From: a virus
Lineage: Duplodnaviria; Caudoviricetes
Length of the DNA stretch: 51,883 nt
Direction: 5' to 3' (one strand)
Virus record (IMG/VR): IMGVR_UViG_3300017911_000834
Location: 1 to 51,883 of that record
Shown here: one piece after another, positions 9,625 through 17,929 of the stretch
Layout of the letters: every line of letters starts with the position of its first letter
Numbering within the stretch: position 1 is the first letter of the stretch
Translations under genes and position numbers: made by a program
Notes under the pieces: generated by a model
Seen by the model: the letters and a program-made list of their open reading frames with translations, nothing else
Databases searched by the model: none
Told to the model about the DNA's origin: nothing

Positions 9625-12600
9625 ATGACAACAGAATTGGATAGGATTCGAACAGACGCAATCATTTCAATTCACAAAGCATCTGAATTTGACTTCGATG
9701 AATATCTGAAGCACCTCCCTGCTGAAAACATCAGCAAAGAGGACATGGCAACAATGCTTGGAGGGATGCCTCCTGAATTGCCTCAATTTAGAATGGTCAA
9801 CCTCTCAGCACCGATGTCGGTTGCTCAGATGAAACTGCCATCTCACAAAGATTTCCTTGCAGGACACACGAAGGTATCAAACAGTCCCATCAGCGATTGG
9901 CCTATCGCATCACCTGACAATCAATTTGGAAACCATCACCCGTTTGGCATGGAGTCAAACAGTTGCCCCCTCCTTCATGGCTCGGCTTGGGGCGAACCAG
10001 CATATGCAGAACATCTCGCTCATGCCATGCCTTACCTCAAGGACATTGCAGAACATGAGGCTAAGATTTCATTTGACCCCGCCAAATATGGAGAGCCAAA
10101 AGAAACCATGCACGACCTGATGACTCGGGATCGAAACCGATACCGTAGCCATTCCGATGAAGATTACAAAGCCGGTAAGGTTGCGGAATGGAGGAAACAA
10201 CTCGGACTTTTGCCGTATTTGTTTGGCCTTGAATACCAAACCGAAGATCAGCGACATAACTTCATGGACATCGTGAAGCAGATGGCTACAAAGAAAGACA
10301 TGAACTCTCCTGATTCCAAATTCCTTCAAAACAAATTGCAGGAGAAGGCCGGTATCTCATGGGGTCGAGCATTGCGCTCATTCCGAGCCAGATTCATACC
10401 TCTTCTGCAATGGTGGAGAAGGGCAAGTGACCGACACGGGCCTGTCGCCCCTGCCGAGATGATGATGCAACCTGAACTGATGAAGTCCGAATCTACTGCT
10501 GATTTGCACTTTGTTAGTCCTTATGTGATGATGCCACCTTCGCAAATCGAACAATCTCACACGTTCCATTGGTGGGATATTTTCCAACCGTGGGGTGGTG
10601 TCGGGCGTGACTACAAATCACTTCACGACGTTTTGAAGCAATCATATCCTGACATTTTTGACGGAAATTGGATGGATGAAAGTCTGATGGGAGTGTCCAA
10701 CCGTATGTTGGAGGCTTACAATTCGGATGGTGGTAGCCACTTCCCAAGCATCGTCAACAATGAAATGGCAAAGATGCACCCCAATCATTCAGCCCTGAAA
10801 TCCAATTTTAAAGATTCAACCTTCTTTGAGAACCGCAGGGCTAATTGGAGTCACGCATCAAATCTCCACTTTTTGCATCCAAGTGAGGTTCAAGGTCAAG
10901 GAGGTCGCATGATTGTTCCATCTGACCAGATGATGATGAGCCGTTTGGGGCGTTCATTGGCTGGTCAAACCGACATGGGTTCTCCAAGGATCGGAATGTT
11001 CAGAGAAGAACACCCATCATCAACGCCTACATATTGGGATAGCCACAACGCTCTGTTTGCCGCTAACGACATGCACCTCGGTAAAGTCATGAACAATATG
11101 GCTCAACAGGTGATGAAGCAATTCGGGCCTCAAATCCTGAACCCTCAAGATCCAAGCAACATGGAACAGGCGACTTTGGCACGTGGTAATCTACAACAAT
11201 TGGCAAGTGCGGCTGATTATGCCATGAAGAAAGTCAACATGGGTGAGGACTATCGTGCCTTAGCACCTATGTTGGAGGGCAATAACATCGCCATGAAAAT
11301 CAAGTCCATCGGTCCTGTAAGCCCTACGTCTTTTGCCACAACACCCCCCACATACAATACAGGCAATACCCATCTTTGGGGTCATGAAATGCCAGCGAAC
11401 CTCACGTGGAAATTCGATCCGCAGAATGGCGGTATCAGTTTTGGTATGGCTGAAGAACCGTTCAACATCATGCAACGAACCGTTCATGAGAACAAAATCA
11501 AAGCAGTATTGCCTTCTCTACTTGAAAGCAACATCATGCCCAAACAAAAAGATATTCACGCACTATCCGCTTTAGACCATAGAGGACTCTCTCCTATCGC
11601 CACAGGAAGCATTCTCAAAGCAGAGGATTACGAGCCAACAGGCGTATTCAAAACCAAGATTATCCCCGCATACACCATCCACAAGTTAGATGATATGGAC
11701 AAACTCCGTGGATTCTCAGGAGATTGGACTGTTCAGAAGATGCCAAAGGGCGAGCGTATGTTTGTCGAAAAGAAAGGCAATCATCTGAAAGGTGGCAAAA
11801 TGCCATCAGAGGTCAAGAAAGAATTGCGTGGGATCACAGGGGACTTTGTGTTTGATGGTTATCTTGACGGTGACAGGTTGCACGTTGTTGACCTGTTGGT
11901 TCACAAAGGAACTGATTTGCATCTCGAACCTCTTGAAGATCGTATCAATGCGCTTCGCACTTTGTATGATTCGACTGAGCATGTTCATTTCCCAATGCCA
12001 ACGAATTGTGTGTCAACTGATTTCGAAGGACTTGGCAAAGCAATCACTAATTTCGATGAAGATGAGTTGTTGATTCGTGATTCCAAATCAACCTTCATGA
12101 AAGAGAAAGAGGTTCATCCAAAGTGGATTCGCTATGCAAAAGAGTCCATTGCCAAATCATTCTACCCTCCAATGCCGGAGATGATTGTGTATCACAACAA
12201 AATCAAATTGTGTTATCCATCCATCACTGAGCCGGTGATTGTCAAAGGTTCATTCGATGGTTCTGGTTTTGACATTGAAGGATTCGATGGCAATGAAGCC
12301 ATGCTCACAAAAGCAATCAAGGACATGCCTCTTTGGAGTCCTGTGGCAATTAGCCTCCTGAAAGAAGGTGGAGGCGGTGGCGGATCTGCTTCAAGCGGGG
12401 GCGCATTCATGTCAGGTAGCACAGGTGGTTTCAATCCAATTCATTCGAAAACAAAGCGAAAGCGACCCAGGAAACTTAAGATTCTGAAAAAGACACTTCT
12501 ACGTGCGCCAGCCATCATCGGTGAAGATGAAGAAGGCGATAGCGTTGCACATACTATGAAGCATACACGTAGAGCCATCACCGAAGATGACACTGCAAAA

Positions 12601-13062
12601 ACGACAGAGCAACTATTGGATAAGGTCAAAGGACTCAACAAAAAGATGCTTGAGATGTTTGCTGGTGAATACGGAATCGAGCGAACCGATGATGGTAAGA
12701 AGTGGACAGTGAATGAAGCGATTGATGATGACATCGTTGAGCGCATGTTCCCTCGAATGAATAGAATCTCACCGGATGGTGGTGCTTGGGCAGGTATGCA
12801 AGCAGACATCACTGCCCCAAGAGGCCCAACTGAATTGATTGAAGATAGTGGGACTACCTTCTACGATCCCAAAGAAGGTGAAGAAGCCGAGCCGATTCCA
12901 ATGAAGCATCTGGCGGTGAAGGACACTGCCAACAATGATGAGGCAGTGATTGACATCAACAATGGTAAAGCAACCCTCCGTATGCCCCTAAAAACGCCTG
13001 AAGAGGTGGCTGACGAGCAAGAAGTCCAGCCAGACGATAGGTCGGAAGCAGAGGAAATCTGA
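9625..13062 (+). CDS. Large head-module protein containing a degenerate ATP-dependent DNA ligase (nucleotidyltransferase)-like domain
   Basis: ORF track start 9607; ATG9625 follows GAAGGTGG. Residues at about 11713-12135 show ligase motif order (QKMPKGER, FVFDGY, LHVVDLL, PLEDR..L, ELLIR, KWIRY) with key residues altered. Confidence 0.75.
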   Translation: MTTELDRIRTDAIISIHKASEFDFDEYLKHLPAENISKEDMATMLGGMPPELPQFRMVNLSAPMSVAQMKLPSHKDFLAGHTKVSNSPISDWPIASPDNQFGNHHPFGMESNSCPLLHGSAWGEPAYAEHLAHAMPYLKDIAEHEAKISFDPAKYGEPKETMHDLMTRDRNRYRSHSDEDYKAGKVAEWRKQLGLLPYLFGLEYQTEDQRHNFMDIVKQMATKKDMNSPDSKFLQNKLQEKAGISWGRALRSFRARFIPLLQWWRRASDRHGPVAPAEMMMQPELMKSESTADLHFVSPYVMMPPSQIEQSHTFHWWDIFQPWGGVGRDYKSLHDVLKQSYPDIFDGNWMDESLMGVSNRMLEAYNSDGGSHFPSIVNNEMAKMHPNHSALKSNFKDSTFFENRRANWSHASNLHFLHPSEVQGQGGRMIVPSDQMMMSRLGRSLAGQTDMGSPRIGMFREEHPSSTPTYWDSHNALFAANDMHLGKVMNNMAQQVMKQFGPQILNPQDPSNMEQATLARGNLQQLASAADYAMKKVNMGEDYRALAPMLEGNNIAMKIKSIGPVSPTSFATTPPTYNTGNTHLWGHEMPANLTWKFDPQNGGISFGMAEEPFNIMQRTVHENKIKAVLPSLLESNIMPKQKDIHALSALDHRGLSPIATGSILKAEDYEPTGVFKTKIIPAYTIHKLDDMDKLRGFSGDWTVQKMPKGERMFVEKKGNHLKGGKMPSEVKKELRGITGDFVFDGYLDGDRLHVVDLLVHKGTDLHLEPLEDRINALRTLYDSTEHVHFPMPTNCVSTDFEGLGKAITNFDEDELLIRDSKSTFMKEKEVHPKWIRYAKESIAKSFYPPMPEMIVYHNKIKLCYPSITEPVIVKGSFDGSGFDIEGFDGNEAMLTKAIKDMPLWSPVAISLLKEGGGGGGSASSGGAFMSGSTGGFNPIHSKTKRKRPRKLKILKKTLLRAPAIIGEDEEGDSVAHTMKHTRRAITEDDTAKTTEQLLDKVKGLNKKMLEMFAGEYGIERTDDGKKWTVNEAIDDDIVERMFPRMNRISPDGGAWAGMQADITAPRGPTELIEDSGTTFYDPKEGEEAEPIPMKHLAVKDTANNDEAVIDINNGKATLRMPLKTPEEVADEQEVQPDDRSEAEEI

Positions 13063-13071
13063 CCATATCCC

Positions 13072-13079
13072 TTCATATA
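13072..13079 (+). promoter_or_regulatory. Putative TATA-like box (TTCATATA) for protease/capsid operon
   Basis: Intergenic, about 25 nt upstream of ATG13104. Confidence 0.35.
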
Positions 13080-13103
13080 GGATTACACGAAGTCAGTGGG
13101 TTG

Positions 13104-14453
13104 ATGGCAAGCACCCTCGAACTCAAATCGGCATCTTGGAGTGCCGAAGGTTCGGACTTTTTGCTGAAGTCATCAGGTAGCCAAGGAGAACTCTACGTTG
13201 CTGGCTACGCCTCCGTTGACATGGTGGACAAGCAGGGCGACAGAATCCCTACTTCTGCCTTGAAGAAGGCATTCTCCCAATTCATGGGTAACAAAGCATT
13301 CCGCAATGTGCAATTGGCACATTCTGGCATTCAAGTCGGTGAAGTGGTTGACAACCACACCGATTCCCAAGGCCGTGTTTGGAAATCCGAAGTGGATGAC
13401 CACGGCCTCTTCGTTGTGTGCAAAATCCGCAACGACATCCAAAAGGCACGTGAAGTGCAAAAGCAAATTCGCAGTGGCGACCTGCGAGCATTCTCGATTG
13501 GCGGTCAAGCCCTATTCCGTGTCAGTAAAACGACACCGGAACTTGGAAGCCATCGAGAGATTACCGATCTTGAATTGCATGAAATCACGCTATGCAAGAA
13601 AGGTATCAACCCTGAATCAACCTACACAATTTTGAAAATGGAAGATGATAACATGAGCAACACTGAAGTATTGAATGAAATCAAGGCTGGCCTGAACGAA
13701 GTCCTCAAGGAACTGAGTGAAAAAGAAGAATACAAAGAGGACAAAGAGGACAAGTCCGATGAGATGGGCTATATGAAAGAGTCCGATGATGTTGGCAAGT
13801 CCGAGCAAGATGCTCTTGACTACATCACGACTCTTGAGAAGTTCGCTCACGACTCAGGGGTTGACCTGAACGGTCTTCGTGACCACTTTGGTCTTGAGAA
13901 GGCCTACCTCCTTGAACAAGGTCGTGGAGGCTACTCCCACCGTGGACAAGGTGATGAAGTCGGATCTGGTGAAGGTGCAACTGAACCAGCATACCCCTCT
14001 CTCCCAAGTCCATCCGGCAACCAGAACGTCATCAAATCTCCAAGCGTTCCAAGCATGAACATGAACGCACCATCCGGTAACCAGAACGTTGTGAAGTCCC
14101 TGACTCCTGAGATGTTGGAGAAAGGCTACCGCACCTACGCCGCCCTTCGTGACGAAGAGGCAGTGAAGGGTCTTGTCGAGAAGGAATGGAAAGAACGCTA
14201 TGAGGCAGAAACGGCTCATGCTCTTGAAGTTCGCAAGCAGAACGATGTTGGTGTCCAACTGAACGCCCTTCGTGACGAGATCGCCATGCTCAAGTCTGAG
14301 AACGCATCTCTTCAGAAGAGTGAAGTCGCACCAACCGCACCAACCACCTCCATTCGTGTCCCAACCCATGATGAGTTCGCTCAGATGGGCAATGACCTTG
14401 ACGGCTGGCGAGCGGCTGAAGCCCTCGCCCAACGTGCTTTGAGGGGCGAATGA
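13104..14453 (+). CDS. Prohead protease with C-terminal scaffold domain
   Basis: VAGYAS..VDKQGD, catalytic His (LAHS), FSIGG Ser motif, LHEITL...NP typical of HK97/U35-like proteases; acidic coiled-coil C-half; directly upstream of the MCP. Confidence 0.92.
   Translation: MASTLELKSASWSAEGSDFLLKSSGSQGELYVAGYASVDMVDKQGDRIPTSALKKAFSQFMGNKAFRNVQLAHSGIQVGEVVDNHTDSQGRVWKSEVDDHGLFVVCKIRNDIQKAREVQKQIRSGDLRAFSIGGQALFRVSKTTPELGSHREITDLELHEITLCKKGINPESTYTILKMEDDNMSNTEVLNEIKAGLNEVLKELSEKEEYKEDKEDKSDEMGYMKESDDVGKSEQDALDYITTLEKFAHDSGVDLNGLRDHFGLEKAYLLEQGRGGYSHRGQGDEVGSGEGATEPAYPSLPSPSGNQNVIKSPSVPSMNMNAPSGNQNVVKSLTPEMLEKGYRTYAALRDEEAVKGLVEKEWKERYEAETAHALEVRKQNDVGVQLNALRDEIAMLKSENASLQKSEVAPTAPTTSIRVPTHDEFAQMGNDLDGWRAAEALAQRALRGE
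14010..14100 (+). repeat. Imperfect duplication encoding PSGNQNV(I/V)KS twice
   Basis: catccggcaaccagaacgtcatcaaatc and catccggtaaccagaacgttgtgaagtc, 60 nt apart. Confidence 0.8.
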
Positions 14454-14485
14454 AACCAATTCAACAAAATATGGAAGTGAATGAA

Positions 14486-15637
14486 ATGACGCAAGGCTAC
14501 ATCCGAACAATTGAAGACATGGAACGCCTGTATTACGGTGCAGGTGCAGGAACTAACGCATGGGCATACTCAGGGACTGACCTCTTGAAGAGTGACAGTC
14601 CTTTGATGTCCTCAACCTCTGGCACTTACCAAGCGATCTTTGGTCGCAAGGTTTGGTCACAACTGAACCAAGAGTTCAACGCATTCAGCATTCTCCCCAA
14701 GAAGCCTTGGGAAAAGAGTGGATGGCGTGTCGTGACCGGCAAGCCTGATGACGCAGTGGGCATCCCTGAGAACGGGACGCTTCCTGACTCCACCAAGCCA
14801 ACCTTCGAAGAAGTCAGCACCAAGCCAAAGACTGTGGCTTCCAAGTTCGACCTCTCTGAAACTGCCATGTTCCTTGCTGACAAGGACGACGGCCTTGGTG
14901 ACGCACGTGCCGTCATCAAGATGGAAATGTCCAAGTCCCACGCAGAGAGCATCAACAAGATGTTGCTGAAGGACGTCAACACCACTGCTGGCAACACCTT
15001 CGAATCCATTGATCGTGCGCTTTCGTCCTCCAAGACTGAAGGCACTGCCTTTGGTGACATTGACGCTCTGTCTGTCCACAACCAATACTCCATCACCCGA
15101 AACACCGGGTCTGGCACACGTGCTTGGTTTGACGCAAACGTTGACGCTGGTTCATCTGGCGCAGAACGTCCTCTCACCCTCAACATCCTTGACGGCATGT
15201 TCCGTGAAGTCTGGGAGCGTGGTGGTCAGCCAAAGGTCATCCTCACTGGCTACGACACCATTGAGAAGATTCAACAACTTCTCCAACCTCAGCAACGCTT
15301 CACTGAGATGAAGCGTGTCACCCCATCTGTCAACGGTGTTCAAGGCATCCCAGGCATGGAAGGTGGCTTCGTTGTCGCAACCTACAACGGTGTCCCAATC
15401 ATCCCTGCCAAAGACGTTCACGCACCATCTGGCGGTCTGTCCCGTATCTACTTGCTGGACACTGACTACATGTATTTCTGCACCGCAAAGCCAACTCTTT
15501 ACCACGAAAGCGGTATCGAAACTGGCGATCCATTCGGCATCAACCGCTTGGGTCAAGTCGGTCTGTTCCACACGATGGGTGAACTCTGGCAACTCTTCTA
15601 CGGCGCACACGGCAAAATCCGTGACCTGAGCGCATGA
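14486..15637 (+). CDS. Major capsid protein (HK97 fold)
   Basis: Follows the protease; about 383 aa; strong codon bias; motifs E.G.LP.S.PTFEEV...PK and TYNGVPII; likely start ATG14486 after GGAAGTGA (track start 14450). Confidence 0.9.
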   Translation: MTQGYIRTIEDMERLYYGAGAGTNAWAYSGTDLLKSDSPLMSSTSGTYQAIFGRKVWSQLNQEFNAFSILPKKPWEKSGWRVVTGKPDDAVGIPENGTLPDSTKPTFEEVSTKPKTVASKFDLSETAMFLADKDDGLGDARAVIKMEMSKSHAESINKMLLKDVNTTAGNTFESIDRALSSSKTEGTAFGDIDALSVHNQYSITRNTGSGTRAWFDANVDAGSSGAERPLTLNILDGMFREVWERGGQPKVILTGYDTIEKIQQLLQPQQRFTEMKRVTPSVNGVQGIPGMEGGFVVATYNGVPIIPAKDVHAPSGGLSRIYLLDTDYMYFCTAKPTLYHESGIETGDPFGINRLGQVGLFHTMGELWQLFYGAHGKIRDLSA

Positions 15638-15670
15638 GCAACAACATGAAAAAAAAGGAAGTGAAGAAAA

Positions 15671-16066
15671 ATGGTAAGCGCAAACATTACTGAAACAAGC
15701 ACCGCATTGGTTTTCAAAATGCCCCTCCGAGTGGGCGCAATTGACCCAAGCGACACCGATTGGCTACAATCCCCCATTGGCGGGAACAATGTCATCAACA
15801 CCGCAATGGTGATGGCATGTGTTGACGTCACGGTTTCATCGGCGGCAACGGCAACCGTTCTCGACTTTGAAGACGAGAACACCCCAACTGGCATCACTGA
15901 CCATGTGAACCCTACTGCAATCATCGCAGTGCTTTCTGTTGTCAACAAGACGGACTCTGCGGCTGGCGACATCCCCAACGTTGGTTTCACCGACAAAACC
16001 CTGAAGTTCGACTCTGACACTGGTGGCGACGGCGACGTTCACCGAATCACCTTCATCTATCGTTGA
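15671..16066 (+). CDS. Putative capsid decoration/minor structural protein
   Basis: 131 aa, beta-rich and acidic, immediately after the MCP. Confidence 0.6.
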   Translation: MVSANITETSTALVFKMPLRVGAIDPSDTDWLQSPIGGNNVINTAMVMACVDVTVSSAATATVLDFEDENTPTGITDHVNPTAIIAVLSVVNKTDSAAGDIPNVGFTDKTLKFDSDTGGDGDVHRITFIYR

Positions 16067-16077
16067 GGTGTTCCCTG

Positions 16078-16434
16078 ATGGGACTCAAGGTAGAATATGT
16101 TGGATCACGCTCATACACCGAGTTTCACTACAAAGGTCGAGCAATTGGATTCGCACGTGGCGAAGTCCAAGAGATTCCTGAACAAGCCATCCCCACATTC
16201 CGTTCCTTGATTGAGGGCGGTTCTACCATGTGGAAGATCGTTGAAGGCGATGTCCCTGCTGACAAAACAGAGGCAATGAAAGCCACCATCGAAACTGCAC
16301 CTGTGGCAGAGGAATCATCTGTTGACTACGCTTCAATGACCAGGGCTGAATTGATGTCCTTGGCAAAAGAGCGTGGCATCACTACCAAGAACACGATGAA
16401 GAAAGCAGATTTGGTTACACTTTTGTCGGCATAA
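16078..16434 (+). CDS. Protein with C-terminal HeH/Rho-N-like domain
   Basis: DYASMTRAELMSLAKERGI...MKKADLVTLL; GAGGTG RBS before ATG16078. Confidence 0.75.
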   Translation: MGLKVEYVGSRSYTEFHYKGRAIGFARGEVQEIPEQAIPTFRSLIEGGSTMWKIVEGDVPADKTEAMKATIETAPVAEESSVDYASMTRAELMSLAKERGITTKNTMKKADLVTLLSA

Positions 16435-16447
16435 GTAGGTGTTCGAC

Positions 16448-16966
16448 ATGACTAACCAAGAGCAAGCAATCAACGATGGCGACTTCTACCTGAGTCGTTG
16501 CCGTGTCAACCGACATGTTCTGAATGTCACCGCAGGTGAAACTGCTACTCTTCGTTTGAACGGTAAAATCTCCAAGATCATCATTGATGCTACTCAAAGT
16601 GCCTACATGATGGGAACAGGCAACATTGGCCGTTTCCAACTCTTCATGGACGTTGAGGACGGAGATGGCACTGAACTGCCATACTGTGACCAAATCACCG
16701 GACTGAACTTTTCAGGATCGGGGTCGAATCAAGTCATTAGTCTTGAGGTATCTCAAGGTGCAAACCAAGGAACTGCCTCATCAAAAAGCGGTATGCACTT
16801 CTCAGTGACCGCACCATCTACTGCATCAAGCGGTGGCGGAACTTTGAATGAACCTGCGGCTTGGAACGGACTCGTTTGTGGCGATGTGCGTTTCACCCTT
16901 GATGTGGCCGCACCAAATCTTCTCGACCCTACGAAATCATTCCGTGTGATTATCATACTCGAATAG
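16448..16966 (+). CDS. Putative structural protein
   Basis: About 172 aa, beta-rich, within the head-neck cluster; AGGTG RBS (track start 16439). Confidence 0.65.
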   Translation: MTNQEQAINDGDFYLSRCRVNRHVLNVTAGETATLRLNGKISKIIIDATQSAYMMGTGNIGRFQLFMDVEDGDGTELPYCDQITGLNFSGSGSNQVISLEVSQGANQGTASSKSGMHFSVTAPSTASSGGGTLNEPAAWNGLVCGDVRFTLDVAAPNLLDPTKSFRVIIILE

Positions 16967-16984
16967 GCAAATTGTTGGGGAAGG

Positions 16985-16992
16985 GATATAAA
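16985..16992 (+). promoter_or_regulatory. Putative TATA box (GATATAAA)
   Basis: In a 49-nt intergenic gap, about 24 nt upstream of ATG17016. Confidence 0.45.
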
Positions 16993-17015
16993 CAACGACA
17001 CAATGAGGAATTAAC

Positions 17016-17279
17016 ATGGCAATCACTTACGACCGTCCAAACGTTTTCGGAACTCTTTACGTGCAATCTGGCGAATATGGCAATGGCTCTGCTGAAACCG
17101 CAGACTTTGACATTGATTTGAAGATGCTTGGAACGATCTACTCAATCACCGTCACCCCTACCTCTTCTTCTTTCCCCACCTCTGCGGCGGCAGTGGCGGT
17201 GGACGGACAGACGGCAAAGGTTGACTTTGCCACCGCAGGTGGAACTGGTCGCTGGTTGGCAATCGGCACACGTGCATGA
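17016..17279 (+). CDS. Small beta-rich structural protein (fibre/decoration-like)
   Basis: 87 aa ending in ...GRWLAIG, a pattern typical of fibre C-terminal modules. Confidence 0.65.
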   Translation: MAITYDRPNVFGTLYVQSGEYGNGSAETADFDIDLKMLGTIYSITVTPTSSSFPTSAAAVAVDGQTAKVDFATAGGTGRWLAIGTRA

Positions 17280-17292
17280 TGGGGGATGCCCC

Positions 17293-17607
17293 ATGCAACG
17301 GTTAGAAGTCGGAGAAATTGACCTCGACACTTCGCTTGAGATCAAGAAGCGAAGGAACAATCGAATGTTCGAATTGATGACTTCTCAAGGTTCAATCGCA
17401 GAAGACCAATCTCCTTTCAGTAAGGAGAACATGGCAAGAGCGCAATCTCGCTTTGTGAAGATAAACAAGCACGAAGCAAAAGATATTCAAAACATCGGCT
17501 CAGGAACACGTTGTATGGCGTGTGGGCTACTCCACTTTTGCTGGACGCCCGAATGTGCCGTATGTGGAGAAGCAATGCACTTCAACTTAGGAGGACATCA
17601 TCAATGA
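17293..17607 (+). CDS. Zinc-ribbon protein
   Basis: ATG17293 follows GGGGGA; C-terminal CMAC...CAVC. Confidence 0.7.
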   Translation: MQRLEVGEIDLDTSLEIKKRRNNRMFELMTSQGSIAEDQSPFSKENMARAQSRFVKINKHEAKDIQNIGSGTRCMACGLLHFCWTPECAVCGEAMHFNLGGHHQ

Positions 17608-17915
17608 ACGAAGATAAACCATACGACAATTCAAAGCCAGAAGAGGACAAATACGGCATGAAGCCGAAGAAAAAGACTCCAAGTGAAATCATGCAACAAA
17701 CCTCCCCTGCTCAACAAATGAAAAACAAAAATGAACCGTTCAAAAAAGCATGGGACGACCTCATCAAGTTCGGTGATTGCCCCGTTTGTTTGGGCGACCC
17801 TATGGCTTGCCCAACTCCTGATGTTCCAGCATCGGTTTGTCCAACTCGAAGAAACGCAATCAAACACATGAAGCGAGGAAAGGGCGCACGACCCCAAATG
17901 GTTCTCCGTGATTAA
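17604..17915 (+). CDS. Small basic Cys-rich protein carrying the FxxAW..LxK motif
   Basis: ATG17604 overlaps the upstream TGA, GGAGGA RBS; FKKAWDDLIK followed by CPVC...C...C. Confidence 0.7.
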   Translation: MNEDKPYDNSKPEEDKYGMKPKKKTPSEIMQQTSPAQQMKNKNEPFKKAWDDLIKFGDCPVCLGDPMACPTPDVPASVCPTRRNAIKHMKRGKGARPQMVLRD

Positions 17916-17929
17916 AGGGGGAACATACA

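Noticed and set aside
9625-13062. Annotation as a functional DNA ligase
   Set aside because: Motifs I, III, IV and V are all substituted; kept only as a pseudo-ligase finding.
15648-15656. A-run after the MCP stop as a terminator
   Set aside because: It is an A-tract on the coding strand, whereas archaeal terminators are T-tracts, and there is no hairpin.
17128-17603. Upstream starts at 17128 and 17511 given in the ORF track
   Set aside because: They overlap real upstream genes extensively; RBS-supported ATGs exist at 17293 and 17604.
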